Shown here: positions 22,103 through 35,054 of the stretch, piece by piece
How the letters are laid out: the number at the start of each line of letters is the position of its first letter
Numbering within the stretch: position 1 is the first letter of the stretch
Assembly (NCBI GenBank): GCA_002269645.1
Contig: NIVC01000617.1
Coordinates: forward strand, 434,001-498,000
Direction of reading: 5' to 3'
Length of the DNA: 64,000 nt
Source: Macrostomum lignano
Taxonomy: Eukaryota
Made by a program: the position numbers and the translations under genes
Notes under the pieces: generated by a model
Told to the model about the DNA's origin: nothing
What the model saw: only the letters and a program-made list of their open reading frames with translations
Database searches by the model: none

Positions 22103-22983
22103 GGCTTTGGGCACTGGAATGAGAGATGGCCTATCTCCCCGCAGTTGTAGCACTTGACACCGCTACGCTGCTTCGAGCTGGACGGAGCCGCCTGCTTGGA
22201 TTGTTGCTTGTCTTGAAGGCCGGGTTCGGGCGGCTCCTGCTGGCCCTGCTGCATCTGCTCCATCCGTCGGATCTTTTCTTCCATTTCCTTTACTTTTTGA
22301 CGCAGTTGGCGTAGCTCCTCGTCTTTGCCGGTGTCACCTGTCGACGTTTCGGTGGCAAAGGCATTCAGCCCAGCCCTGGGTCTGGCTTTGGACTGGGTCG
22401 AAGACGCCTTCTGGGCTGCTTCAAGTTGTCTTACTGTTCGAATGGCATCGGTGAGGTTGGCCGGCTGCTGCAGGTACAGTCTTTCTCGGACAGTGTCGGT
22501 TACTCGAACGCCTTTTAGAAATCTGTCTTTCGCCAGCTCTGTCCTGGTGTCGGCATCCGCGGTGGGGAAGGCATTGCGCACCAACTCCAGCAGCTCGTCC
22601 CCGAAGGTCTCCACAGACTCCTTGTCTAGCTGATCTCGATTCGATAATTCAAAACGGTAGTCCTGGGCTGTTCTGTTCATGGTGAACCGCGCCAGTAGTG
22701 CATCCGTGAATTCCCCGTACTCGATGTCGTCTGCCAAGTCCAGCTTATCAACGGCAGCGTAGGCTGTTGTGAGGTCGAGTAGGCCGATCAGGTGCGGCCG
22801 CCTGGCTTCTTCTTCTATACCGACAGCCTCGCAGTACTCGTTGAAACTCTGCAGCCATAGGCTGAAATTCATCGTTGGTATGTACTTGGGCGGCTTCGAG
22901 AGTCGTGGCGCTGCTCGGTCGGCGTTGGCTCTGAGGCGCGCAGCCAGCGCATCGATCAGTTGGTCCATAGCTTGATCACCCAT
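22063..22983 (-). CDS. gag: Gag (306 aa) with CCHC zinc knuckle
   Basis: CYNCGEIGHLSFQC knuckle; capsid-like segments (FSLWLQSFNEYC, RDQLDKESVETFGDEL). First long ORF after the PBS. Confidence 0.93.
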   Translation of the reverse strand: MGDQAMDQLIDALAARLRANADRAAPRLSKPPKYIPTMNFSLWLQSFNEYCEAVGIEEEARRPHLIGLLDLTTAYAAVDKLDLADDIEYGEFTDALLARFTMNRTAQDYRFELSNRDQLDKESVETFGDELLELVRNAFPTADADTRTELAKDRFLKGVRVTDTVRERLYLQQPANLTDAIRTVRQLEAAQKASSTQSKARPRAGLNAFATETSTGDTGKDEELRQLRQKVKEMEEKIRRMEQMQQGQQEPPEPGLQDKQQSKQAAPSSSKQRSGVKCYNCGEIGHLSFQCPKPGKGKRGPPAGGK

Positions 22984-23207
22984 GGCCGAAGTGACTGAAT
23001 ACCGTTGCTACTCTTTACTCTGAGGTGGTGATAGCTATCGATCTCTGATAACCAATCAGTTGTCTGTCACCGTGATCAATGTCTTTTGCGGTAGGGCAAT
23101 AGCCGCAAGCGATAAGCAACAGTCGTTTTAATAAGAAAAAACGCTCACAATATGACAGCAATTTTCATAGAAAGCAACTGAGCCGACTTTCAATCTTGGG
23201 GGACAGT

Positions 23208-23225
23208 GTCCCTGTTCGGGCGCCA
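23208..23225 (-). promoter_or_regulatory. Primer-binding site, tRNA-Lys(UUU)/Lys3
   Basis: TGGCGCCCGAACAGGGAC, 3 nt after the LTR end. This is the 18-mer complementary to the tRNA-Lys3 3' end, the same sequence as the HIV-1 PBS. Confidence 0.95.
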
Positions 23226-23228
23226 ATT

Positions 23229-24127
23229 TGTTGTAACCCGGGTCGGCTTGGGTGCCCAGTCCCGAGTACAATATATATTATATGTGATATAACAGGCGTT
23301 GTGACGCTCTGTCTGTACTTTTATGAATACGACGAGCAGGCGTGGCGACGCTCTGCGATAATAATTCGATCCCTCTGGTGTTGTGACACTCAGAGTTCAC
23401 GCTGCGGCTCGAGGTGTGGTGACACTCTCGAGTGCTTCTATTCTCTATACCGTAGGGCGTACGCAATATATATGGTAAACGGTACCGTACTACAGAAGCT
23501 ATATGGTCTCCCGGCGTTATGACGCTCTGGCAAGAATTCGGCCTAGCAAGCTTCCCAGAAAGAAAGGACTCAAACAGCAGGCGGCTTACCAGTGGCCAGA
23601 TGACTGTTCACCGTTTATTATTCGCAGGTCTCAAGCGCAGTTTCCGACTTCTTCTTAATTCTCCAAGACTCTTCTCAATTAGGCTATTGTGTTTCTTTTA
23701 TCCAAGTAGCTAATGTTGCTGTTTCTTTTATCGAAGTAGCTAATGTTGCTGTTTCTTTTATCAGGTCTCGCGCTTGCACTCTCGGAGCACACCAAAACAC
23801 AAAAAGCACGCAGGTGGTGGGCAAGAGCCAGAGTCGCACCATAAATAGCACCCAAACCCTGGGGCAGACGGCCCCACCGGCTAAGCTCACCAAAACAAAC
23901 CACGCCGGCCCAGCCAATCAAAACCCCGCCTAAGGGGGGAGGGGCTGCACCCGCGCCAAAGCTGGCCCGGCCGCAGCCAACCAGCCCTGAGCACGGGGCA
24001 GGGGCACGGCTGGGGAGGGGCACGCGCAAAGCCCGGCCGGGGCCAGACCCTGCCACGCCCGCCAACCCCCCCAACCAGCCCCAAAGTGCAACGCGCCCTG
24101 CCAACTGACAAGGGCGCATGCACTACA
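23229..24127 (-). repeat. 5' LTR of Gypsy element 2
   Basis: Direct repeat of 14417-15315 (offset 8812; four substitutions seen by eye). Candidate TATTTAT box at about 23836-23842. Confidence 0.97.
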
Positions 24128-24508
24128 ATACTACTGCATTACTTATTTAGTTGGCATACACACTGCATGTATCTATATTCCAAAACGAAAACCCGAAATA
24201 TAAACTCACTTTCTGGAAAAATCTGCGAATCAATCAGCTCTGTATAATGCATATAGACCCACGCGTACATGTTCGATCGTTGGAATTCCTTTAAACACTA
24301 TGCATAATTATAAATATAGGATAAAAATTTGCAACATTGCATTTAAATTTATGCCTTTACACAATTTTTGCCTTTTGCATGCAAATTTAAATGTTTAATT
24401 CCAAATCATACTACTCTGAATACGCAGTAGTATAAACAGAACTACTTTAGCTTGTATATAAAGTTGACAAAATATTTTTTATAGTTTGTATAAAGCTGCA
24501 TCTCCGAT

Positions 24509-24690
24509 CCAAAATGAGAGCCTGTGGGGCCAAAATGAGAGCCTGTGGGGCCAAAATGAGAGCCTGTGGGGCCAAAATGAGAGCCTGTGGGGCCAAAATG
24601 AGAGCTCGTGGGGCCAAAATGAAAGCCTGTGGGGCCAAAATGAGTGCCTGCGTGGCCAAAATGAATGCCTGCGGCGCTAAAATGGAAAAT
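24509..24690. repeat. 21-bp minisatellite (GGGGCCAAAATGAGAGCCTGT), about 8 units
   Basis: Direct reading. Confidence 0.9.
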
Positions 24691-25693
24691 AATGTAGATG
24701 TATGAAATTAGTCATGTACACGTAGAATTATTAACTTTGTCCCCCCACCATAAATCCATGATGACGCCCCTGCTTACATTGTACATGTACAGCCGATTTG
24801 AAAGAACCGCTCCCTTCTCAGCTTCCTTGTAATATAACATATATGCACTATCAGATACAACTCAGCAGAATGCATCTAACATGTATACCCGCGCTTGCCT
24901 TGCCAGCACAAGCGCATAAACACGCGCATAAATACGCGCGTAAGCGTTGCGCAGTTATAAAACCGTCAAACACCAAGAGCTATATCGCTATAGCTATATC
25001 GCTCTGCATGTATAGTAGGACTAGCCTCCTGCCAAGATTAACAACCCTCCAAATTAACTGAAGCAAAGGCCAGCCGATCAAGGCCCAGTCGCTCGCCATG
25101 TTAATACACGGTGTAAAGTGAGGCTAGCTATTTGGAGAAAAAATTTTTACGACTCAAAACTGCATGCATATATAGCGCTCTTGTGCAGCGGGAGAATTTA
25201 TGATTCTTTTTAGAATAATTACGCGCTCTTATATTGTACAGCAGTGCAGTGTGTGTGTGCTGTGTTACACTATACACGGCGCCCCAGCTCACTGCTATAC
25301 AGTTTTCTATCCAATAGCTTACGTGTATGTTTATATTTATATTTCCATACAGGGTTGCGCATAGAAAATTGGCGGCGGCTTCTTTGAACAATTTAAAAAA
25401 AAAAACTGTACTCGTAAATATAGTTACTTACCGCGCGCCAGTCCAACTCGAGCTGAATTTTAATATCATATGAGATATGTGCGGAAGATAAGAATAGAAT
25501 TAGTATAACTGCTAGGCTTCACAGTAAGGGCTGGGTTAACAGCCACGCTCTGCAAGTGCTGCTTTTATTCACCATCAAGAGTTAGAGTAAAATTTTCGTT
25601 ACATATCGCTTCTCTACAGTGGTTCTCCGATTCAGCTTATCTTTGTATAAGCTCTAGGCGTTAGAAAATACAATTTGGCAAATGTTTAAAGCT

Positions 25694-26500
25694 GCTGATG
25701 AGTAGCATTTGGCGCCGATGATGAGTAGGATTTGGCGCTGATGAGTAGGATCTGGCGCTGATGAGTAGGATCTGGCGCTGATGAGTAGGATTTAGCGCCG
25801 CTGATGAGTAGGATTTAGCGCCGCTGATGAGTAGGATTTGGCGCCGCTGATGAGTAGGATTTGGCGCCGCTGATGAGTAGGATTTGACGCTGATGAGTAG
25901 GATTTAGCGCCGCTGATGAGTAGGATTTGGCGCTGATGAGTAGGATTTGGCGCCGCTGATGAGTAGGATTTGGCGCTGATGAGTAGGATTTGGCGCTGAT
26001 GAGTAGGATTTAGCGCCGCTGATGAGTAGGATTTGGCGCTGATGAGTAGGATTTGGCGCCGCTGATGAGTAGGATTTGGCGCTGATGAGTAGGATTTGGC
26101 GCTGATGAGTAGGATTTAGCGCCGCTGATGAGTAGGATTTGGCGCTGATGAGTAGGATTTAGCGCCGCTGATGAGTAGGATTTAGCGCCGCTGATGAGTA
26201 GGATTTAGCGCCGCTGATGAGTAGGATTTAGCGCCGCTGATGAGTAGGATTTGGCGCCGCTGATGAGTAGGATTTAGCGCCGCTGATGAGTAGGATTTGG
26301 CGCTGATGAGTAGGATTTAGCGCCGCTGATGAGTAGGATTTGGCGCCGCTGATGAGTAGGATTTGGCGCTGATGAGAAGGATTTGGCGCTGATGAGTGGA
26401 TTTAGCGCCGCTGATGAATAGGATTTGGCGCTGATGAGTAGGATTTAGCGCCGCTGATGAGTAGGATTTGGCGCCGCTGATGAGTAGGATCTGGCGCCGC
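25694..26500. repeat. 20/23-bp minisatellite (CTGATGAGTAGGATTTGGCG[CCG])
   Basis: Direct reading; two unit lengths are interspersed. Confidence 0.95.
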
Positions 26501-26937
26501 GCATATTGCATCGCGAGGCGCGCGGTTGCGCTCCGCATATTAACTCTTAGCATTTGGAATTACCCAGGGCAAGAGATTAATACTTTGCTCAAGCACACAC
26601 GCGTCTGGGTACTTGCATTGCTTTTTTCTATTCTGCTCTTAGTGAAGTGCGAATTTTATTGAGCATAAAATTTTGCTTACATATGATGCATTTGTGCAGT
26701 CAGCAGTCTAATGGAAACATTAGCTGAAATGCAAATATGCAAATATACGCTCGTACAAGCTAGACTGCGATAGATGCGAGAGAATGTAAATTAAGCAAAG
26801 TGAATGGTGTCTCGTGTGCCAACTTTTCCTTACAAATAGTTGACTTAAAGGCGCCCGTTGAATGATTACAAATACTGCATGTTAAACTCATCATTTTTTG
26901 CTTTGACAAACAGGAAGCTTTGACTCTGAACTCAGAC

Positions 26938-27640
26938 TCAGACACAGAATCCATGCAGATGAGGACAGACACAGAATCCAGGTGAGGACAGACACAGAAT
27001 GCAGGAGAGGACAGACAGAATCCAGGTGAGGACAGACACAGAATCCAGATTAGGGCAGACACAGAATCCAGGTGAGGACAGACACAGAATTCAGTTGAGG
27101 ACAGACACAGAATGCAGGAGAGGACAGACAGAATCAAGGTGAGGACAGATACAGAATCCAGGTGAGGACAGACACAGAATCCAGGTGAGGACAGACACAG
27201 AATCCAGGTGAGGACTGACACAGAATCCAGGTGAGGACAGACACAGAATCCAGGTGAGGACAGACACAGAATCCAGGTGAGGACAGACACAGAATCCAGT
27301 TTAAGTCAGACACAGAATGCAGGAGAGGACAGACAGAATCAAGGTGAGGACAGACACAGAATCCAGGTGAGGACAGACACAGAATGCAGGAGAGGACAGA
27401 CACAGAATCCAGTTTAAGTCAGACACAGAATGCAGGAGAGGACAGACAGAATCAAGGTGAGGACAGACACAGAATCCAGGTGAGGACAGACACAGAATCC
27501 AGGTGAGGACAGACACAGAATCCAGGTAAGGACAGACACAGAATCCAGGTGAGGACAGACACAGAATCCAGTTGAGGACAGACACAGAATGCAGGAGAGG
27601 ACAGACAGAATCAAGGTGAGGACAGACACAGTGAGGACAG
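26938..27640. repeat. About 23-bp minisatellite (GAGGACAGACACAGAATCCAGGT)
   Basis: Direct reading. Confidence 0.95.
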
Positions 27641-28339
27641 AAGATTTTGGCTATTATTTAGAATATTAAACAAAATGCAAGGGTCTCATCTTTACAGAAC
27701 TCGGCGCGTTTAAGTATTAAATCCTTTAAATTAATCCAGCGTTACTTGTATATGCAAATTTCAATTGCAGTCTAGACTTCAGAAGCTAAGCTATGTATCC
27801 AATGGGTATAAACATTAAGACTTGGAAAGTGAGGAAATACTTAATGCTCCTTTATAACTACATGTATGCACACCAGAGGGCAAACCACACCGATCGTAAA
27901 AGTCATTTAACCGCGACTATGGAGGGTCGGAGGGGCGTATAAACCCGAACGGAAACTATAATATTTATGGCATAATTAAGCTCAGCTCAGCTTCATATTG
28001 AAAGCAAGTTTGGCGCATTGTATCGCTTTTGGGGCCAGTTTTGGAGTCTGAGGGGAGGGGAGGGGAGGGGGTTGCGGGTTGAGCCGGTGTTGTAAATCAT
28101 CACCCTACCCCCCCTCTCCCCTGTCTTCAGCAAACGGTCTGACGGTTTTTATTGTTTTCCGGGCGGCGGTCTCTTTGTCTTTTGTTTGTAGCTTCTAGAT
28201 CGTTGTTATAATTGCGCAACGTGTCTCTTTGTGACTAGCTAGATTGAGTTCTAGCATATAAAGCTGTTTACATCGAGCTAACAATGGCAACTTTAAGTTA
28301 TAAAACAAAGAGTCAAGTTTTAATCTTAAATTCCGTTTT

Positions 28340-29065
28340 GTGAAATTTAGGTTTTGTGAAGTTTAGGTCTTGTGAACTTTAGGTCTTGTGAAGTTTAGGT
28401 CTTGTGAACTTTAGGTCTTGTGAAGTTTAGGTCTCGTGAAGTTTAAGTCCTGTGAATTTTAGGTCTTATGAAGTTTGGGTCTTCTGAAGTTTACGTCTCG
28501 TGAAGTTTAAGTCCTGTGAAGTTTTAGGTCTTCTGAAGTTTAGGTCCTGTAAAGCTTAGGTCTTGTGGAGTCTAGGTCTTGTAAAGCTTAGGTCTGGTGA
28601 GGTTTAGGTTTTGTGAAGTTTAGGTCTTGTGAAGTTTAGGTCTTGTGAACTTTAGGTCTCGTGAAGTTTAAGTCCTGTGAATTTTAGGTCTTATGAAGTT
28701 TGGGTCTTCTGAAGTTTACGTCTCGTGAAGTTTAAGTCCTGTGAAGTTTTAGGTCTTCTGAAGTTTAGGTCCTGTAAAGCTTAGGTCTTGTGGAGTCTAG
28801 GTCTTGTAAAGCTTAGGTCTGGTGAGGTTTAGGTTTTGTGAAGTTTAGGTCTTGTGAAGTTTAGGTCTTGTGAATTTTAGGTCTTATGAAGTTTGGGTCT
28901 TCTGAAGTTTACGTCTCGTGAAGTTTAAGTCCTGTAAAGCTTAGGTCTTGTGGAGTCTAGGTCTTGTAAAGCTTAGGTCTGGTGAGGTTTAGGTCTTGTG
29001 AAATCGGTGTCTTGAGAAATTTAGGTCCTGTGATGAAGTTTAGGTCTTGTGAAGTTTAGGTCGTG
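28340..29065. repeat. 16-bp minisatellite (TTTAGGTCTTGTGAAG) with higher-order duplication
   Basis: Direct reading; variant blocks recur. Confidence 0.93.
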
Positions 29066-29536
29066 CAAAAGAAAATGACGCGAGAATCTGTTTCCAATTT
29101 GAAATAATAAGCTGATTGAATCTGTGCATTTAAGGGAACTACTTCACTTGTTTATTTTCAACTCGAACAATGGATGAAATATTTTATACAGATGAAAACA
29201 GCAAAGAAGCCAACGCATTTGACAAGACTATAGCAAAATAAAAACAAGAATAATTCGCCAAAAAGTTTTAAAAAATCAGCAATAAATTAATCAAGTCAGG
29301 ACTCAAAGGCGGCATGCACAATCACTAAACTACAAAGCATGTTTTTGTGTTCTTAGTTTCAGAAAAAATGCCAATTTTGAACGAGTTTAATAACTGTACA
29401 ACGCGTTTCTTTCGAAAGATTACAAAAACAAACAAAGCAAAACAGTGTTTCTATAACAAAGAGTTAAAAAACAAATCATTTGATCATGTTGCTGACTCAT
29501 TTTGTGTTATATATTAAAATATTTTTGCATATGTGC

Positions 29537-29693
29537 TCAGATTTCTGAGGTACCAATTCCATATATCTGAGGGTATTTACTCTGGCCTGAGCCAAGTAGC
29601 AACAGCTGCTGCTGCTGGGGCTGCTGACTGCCACTGACGCCAGTGCGGACAGGTGTGGCCAGTTTCTGATGCATCGGGTGCACCTGTTGCTGC

Positions 29694-29726
<33 letters not shown>

Positions 29727-31600
29727 GGGCTTTGTTTGCACCGGAACAGACGAGTCAACTTCTGCTGCCAGGCTCTGAAAGACTTCCGGTTGAGCCACAC
29801 AAACAGGCCAGCTGGCAGACCGGGCGCCAGCGACATGAAAATCTTCAACGCGTAGATGGACGGCGACGGTTGAGCATCGAGTCGACAGCCGTCAGCGGAT
29901 GTTAGCAGGCCGCTAGAGTTGACGCAGTGAGCTCGAACCAGCAGCTTGTCGACGCTGGCCTGCCACTGGCCCCGCTCCATGAACTCGTAGACGTTGGCCG
30001 CCAGGACGCACGCAGTCGGCAAGGCGAACAGCCCGGAGAAGATGCTGATCTTCGTCATCAACGTCTCCAGGCGTCTGAAGCTGGGATTACCGTTGAATTT
30101 CAGCCGATGTCGGACGGATACGCTCGAGCAGAGCGCGCTGATTAGAAACAGAAAGCCGCAGAGCAGGCTGACAGCCGCAGGTGCGATTGAGAAGATCAAC
30201 AGGTTAGTCCGGTCCGACGCGTCAACTACGCACAGGTGCGTGAGCTCGTCCGCCTCGATTCGATGCAGCACTAACAGTACAACGCTCAGGACCAGCGGAA
30301 CGCCCCAAGCGAACACGTGAAGCCACACGGAACGCTGCGCCAAAGCTTCGTGGGCCCATTTTCTCGCTGCGCACAAGTACCAGCAGACGGTCATGAGGAG
30401 CCACCAGAGACAGCCGGCAGTGGCAGAGAAGTACAACAGCAGGAAGATGACGGCGCACCAGTGGCCGGCGTGACGGCTCACCCGGTACAGAGACGGCCCT
30501 AGGGCCGCGTCGGTGCCGGACGCGTCGAACCGGTTGCAGGCGACCTGCGGGCCCAGGCCGGCGCGGAGCAGGTGACCCAGCGAGAAGAGCCCGTAGCAGG
30601 CGGCAATCCACACTATGGGCCGTTCGGGGAACAGAAGCCTTTCGCTGTCCATAGCAAATGTGAGCACAGCTAGCGAGGTGCATGCGAAGCAGAGTATAGC
30701 GGAGATGAGCATCCAAATTTCGGCGAAGGCTTTGTCTTTTTTAGTAAACATGAAGTCGGCGTTGCAGCGCTGGGCGCAGCTGGCGCCGCTGAGATCGGCG
30801 CCCAGTCGAACTTCGGCCGGCGTGCACGGCCCGCGAGCCGATCCCGGTGCCTCCGACGTTGGCGACGCTTCGGTAGGCGGCGTACTCTCGGCCGCTTCAG
30901 CTGGCACGAAGTGTCGAGGAGGCTGCGGCAGTTCGTGCTCGTTCATGCCGCCGACTTTGTACGAGTCGCCGCCAGGCTTGCGCAGCTCCGTCAGCTGCTG
31001 CTCAAATTCCTTGGCGTTCGGTCGCAGGCACAGATTCTTCTTGCCGGACTCGGCACTCTGCTCCGGTGGCAGGCCCTCGCACGCCAGCCCGGCCGGCCAC
31101 TCGTGTCCGAATCGCAGCAGCATCGGAGTGCAGAGGTCGCGAATTCGTTCGCAGAACTCGCGACACGGCCGAACTAGCAGAGACTCCTGGCACATCGGCA
31201 GGTGCATCGAGCAGACGAACAGGCGCATGAATGGCGCGCACGGAGCTCTGATGAGATCTTTGTACTGCTTCAGCACGTAGCCAACATCTACTCCGGATTG
31301 CTTGGTGAATACCTCAGCCGTGGTGCTGTAATAATTGTTCTTACAGGTGGGCACCTCGATTTGGGCCGGCACGCAGGTTTGAGCTGTGCCGTCAAAACCA
31401 GAAACTGCGGGAGCCGCCGCCGCAGCTGCCGCCGCAGCCGCCGCAGCCGCAGCAGCCGCAGCCTCCGCGTTTTCGTCCGGAGCATTAGGAGAAGAATCAG
31501 TAGCTGTAATCGCGTCAGTTGATAGTGTCAACAACAGTAAGATTGCTAAGCCGTTTAGACTTTGCCGCCTATTTGGTGGCGAAGACGTTGCCAACTTCAT
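29537..31600 (-). CDS. fzd: Frizzled receptor, intronless, 687 aa; probably Fz4/9/10-like
   Basis: Signal peptide, 10-Cys CRD (FVCSMHLPMC, PCREFCERIRDLC, WP..LAC..LP), FPERPI, WW..T..W....KW.HEA, seven TM segments, KSFRAW (KTxxxW variant), poly-Ala and poly-Gln tracts, C-terminal SEI (PDZ-type). The subfamily call rests on remembered motif similarity only. Confidence 0.96.
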
Positions 31601-32044
31601 TAAACAACTTTATCTCTTAAAAATTGCAACTCTCCTAGATCTTGTAGCGCCTTGAAGCTTGATTCTGGTTTGGCGTAGATTTTATTTTCAAACAAGTCCG
31701 ACTTTTTAAAGCCCTTCCTCACCCTCTCGTTTAAAGGGGGACGAGAGAGAGAGAAAGAGAGAGAGGAGAGGCAGACCAACGGTGGTTGGCTCGGGTCGCT
31801 CTTTGACTTCTCGCTGGTGTGGGTGGCCGGGGTTGACGTGACTGAACATTTCTTGAGCCTGTGGCCAATAAGGCCTCATTGAAAAGAGTTTATAAAATTC
31901 TTCTTTCTTATCTATTTTTACACACCACACACACATGGACCGCTTGCTCTAATTTTGGTGGGCACTAAAAGAGGCATTTAATTTTTTATAAACCAAGCTT
32001 AACTAGTTTTGTATGTTTATTGTAATGTTGGCTTAATTGCTCGG

Positions 32045-33065
32045 ATTTTGGCGCCCGTTTTGATATAGATTTTGGCGTCTTTTCTGATAGCTTTTGATAG
32101 CTTTTGGTTTTGGCGCCTGTTTTGAAACAGATGTTGGAGCCTGTTGTGACATATAGATTTTGGCGCCTGTTTTGAAACAGATGTTGGAGCCTGTTGTGAC
32201 ATATAGATTTTGGCGCCTGTTTTGAAACAGATTTGGCGCCTGTTTTGAAACAGATTTTGGCGCCTGTTTTGACAGATTTGGCGCCTGTTTTGACACAGAT
32301 TTTGGCGCCTGCTTTGACACAGATGTTGGAGCCTGTTGTGACATATAGATTTTGGCGCCTGTTTTGAAACAGATGTTGGAGCCTGTTGTGACATATAGAT
32401 TTTGGCGCCTGTTTTGAAACAGATTTTGGCGCCTGTTTTGAAACAGATTTTGGCGCCTGTTTTGAAACAGATTTTGGCGCCTGTTTTGACAGATTTGGCG
32501 CCTGTTTTGACACAGATTTTGGCGCCTGCTTTGACACAGATTTGGCGCCTGTTTTGACATATAGATTTTGGCGCCTGTTTTGACACAGATTTTGGCGCCT
32601 GCTTTGACACAGATTTGGCGCCTGTTTTGACATATAGATTTTGGCGCCTGTTTTGACACAGATTTTGGCGCCTGTTTTGACATATAGATTTTGGCGCCTG
32701 TTTTGACACAGATTTGGCCCCTGTTTTGACACAGATTTGGCCCCTGTTTTGACACAGATTTGGCCCCTGTTTTGACAGATTTGGCGCGTGTTTTGACACA
32801 GATTTGGCCCCTGTTTTGACAGATTTGGCGCGGGTTTTGACACAGATTTGGCGCCTGTTTTGACACAGATTTGGCCCCTGTTTTGACACAGATTTGGCCC
32901 CTGTTTTGACAGAGTTGGCGCCTGTTTTGACACAGATTTGGCGCCTGTTTTGACAGAGTTGGCGCCTGTTTTGACACAGATTTGGCGCCTGTTTTGACAC
33001 AGATTTGGCGCCTGCTTTGACAGATTTTGGCGCCTGTTTTGACACAGATTTGGCGCCTGTTTTGA
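32045..33065. repeat. 22-24-bp minisatellite (TTTGGCGCCTGTTTTGACACAGA) upstream of frizzled
   Basis: Direct reading; begins about 450 bp 5' of the fzd ATG. Confidence 0.95.
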
Positions 33066-33599
33066 CTTTGCAACTACTTTAACAAAAAGCTTTTGATTCG
33101 ATTAAACAAAACTCTTGGCACTATGAACAATGACTTGACTACATGCATGTAATTTTTATGAAATCGGAATTTTGTAGTTTGATCCGCTTATTCGATTATC
33201 CGGTTATTGTGGCGCTGATGAAGAACGGCCAGAAAAAAGAGAGAGCTACGCTCGTAAAACGGTTTCAAGCTTGGCTTGGCTTATAGCCGCGACAGAAATG
33301 GCTTTAACCTCCTTTCATCCACGGAGGGGGAGAGAGAGAGAAGGGCATCAAACGAATTTAAGTAAAAAAAGGTTATAAGAAGCCACTTTGACGCGCGACA
33401 CTGGGCCATCTATCACGGTGTCAGGCCAAGGCGGAGAGCCGGGCCAAAGGTAAGAATGCCAATATATTACCCGACTCGGCCCTGCACAAGGAGATCTGAA
33501 GTCACGAGTGCTTCGGAGAACGTTCTTTGACGTAACGGGCAGGAATCAGCTGACACTTTCCTCTGTCTGTCTGACAATTTTTCTTTAGCTTTCTTTAAA

Positions 33600-34745
33600 G
33601 TCGTGTCTAATCTCACCTTTAGAGTTGTGTCTAATCTCAAATTTAGAGTCGTGTCTAATCTCACTTTTAAAGTCGCGGCTAACCTCAATTTAAAGTCGAG
33701 TCTAATCTTACCTTTAGAGTCGTGTCTAATCTCACCTTTAGAATCGTGTCTAATCTCAAATTTAGAGTCGTGTCTAATCTCACCTTAAAGTCGTGTCTAA
33801 TCTCACCTTTAGATTCCTGTCTAATCTCAATTTTAGAATCGTGTCTAATCTCACCTTTAGATTCGTAACTAATCTCAAATTTAGAGTGGTGTCTAATCTC
33901 ACCTTAGACTCGTGTCTAATCTCACCTTAGACTCGTGTCTAATCTCACCTTAGACTCGTGTCTAATCTCACCTTAGACTCGTGTCTAATCTCACCTTTAG
34001 AGTTGTGTCTAATCTCAAATTTAGAGTCGTGTCTAATCTCACTTTTAAAGTCGCGGCTAACCTCAATTTAAAGTCGAGTCTAATCTTACCTTTAGAGTCG
34101 TGTCTAATCTCACCTTTAGTATCGTGTCTAATCTCAAATTTAGAGTCGTGTCTAATCTCACCTTAAAGTCGTGTCTAATCTCACCTTTAGATTCCTGTCT
34201 AATCTCAATTTTAGAATCGTGTCTAATCTCACCTTTAGATTCGTAACTAATCTCAAATTTAGAGTGGTGTCTAATCCCACCTTAGACTCGTGTCTAATCT
34301 CACCTTAGACTCGTGTCTAATCTCACCTTAGACTCGTGTCTAATCTCACCTTTAGAATCGCGTCAAACTCACATTTAGAGTCGTGTCTAATAATACCTTA
34401 GAGTTGTGTTTAATCTAACCTCAGAGTCGTGTCTAATTTCACCTTTAGAATCGAGTATAATCTCACCTTTAGAGTCATGTCTAATCTCACTTCTAGATTC
34501 GTGTCAAATCTCACCTTTCGAATCAAGTCTAATCTCGCCTTTAGAATCGAATCTAATCTCACCCTTAGAGTTGTGTCTAATCTCAAATTTAGAGTTATGT
34601 CTAATCTCACTTTGGAGTCGTGTCTAACCTCACCTTTAGAATCTTGTCTAATCTCACCTTTAGATTAATGTTGGATCTCAAATGTAGAGTTTTGCCTAAT
34701 CTCAGCCTTAGAGTTGTGTCTAATCTCACCTTAGAGTCGTGTCTT
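33600..34745. repeat. 23-24-bp minisatellite (TCGTGTCTAATCTCACCTTTAGA) with a 378-bp higher-order duplication
   Basis: Direct reading; ORF-track twins at 33603 and 33981. Confidence 0.93.
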
Positions 34746-34909
34746 ATCTGGTAGTTGCGAGTACTCTAGCGTCTGACAATTTCACAGAGAAATTTTACTA
34801 TCAGAAATGTCTGACACTCTAGCAGCTGAAACTTGCTAAATTGTCTGACACTTCATACGTCGTACATTTTTAACCGTAACTTTCCATTCTAGAGTGTCTG
34901 GATGTGTGC

Positions 34910-35054
<145 letters not shown>

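Larger units (their letters stand above)
14417..24127 (-). mobile_element. Full-length Ty3/Gypsy LTR retrotransposon (9711 bp) with an extra J-domain ORF
   Basis: 899-bp LTRs (TGTAG...CAACA on minus), 4-bp TSD ATAC (14413-14416 and 24128-24131), PBS, PPT, and domain order gag-PR-RT-RH-IN. Confidence 0.97.

Noticed and set aside
28340-29065. Interstitial telomeric repeat (TTAGG-like)
   Set aside because: The unit is 16 bp (TTTAGGTCTTGTGAAG); only a 5-mer resembles telomeric DNA.
29577-31655. Antisense and alternative-frame ORFs over frizzled, gag-pol, the J ORF and the 404-aa ORF
   Set aside because: Expected shadows of GC-rich coding sequence.
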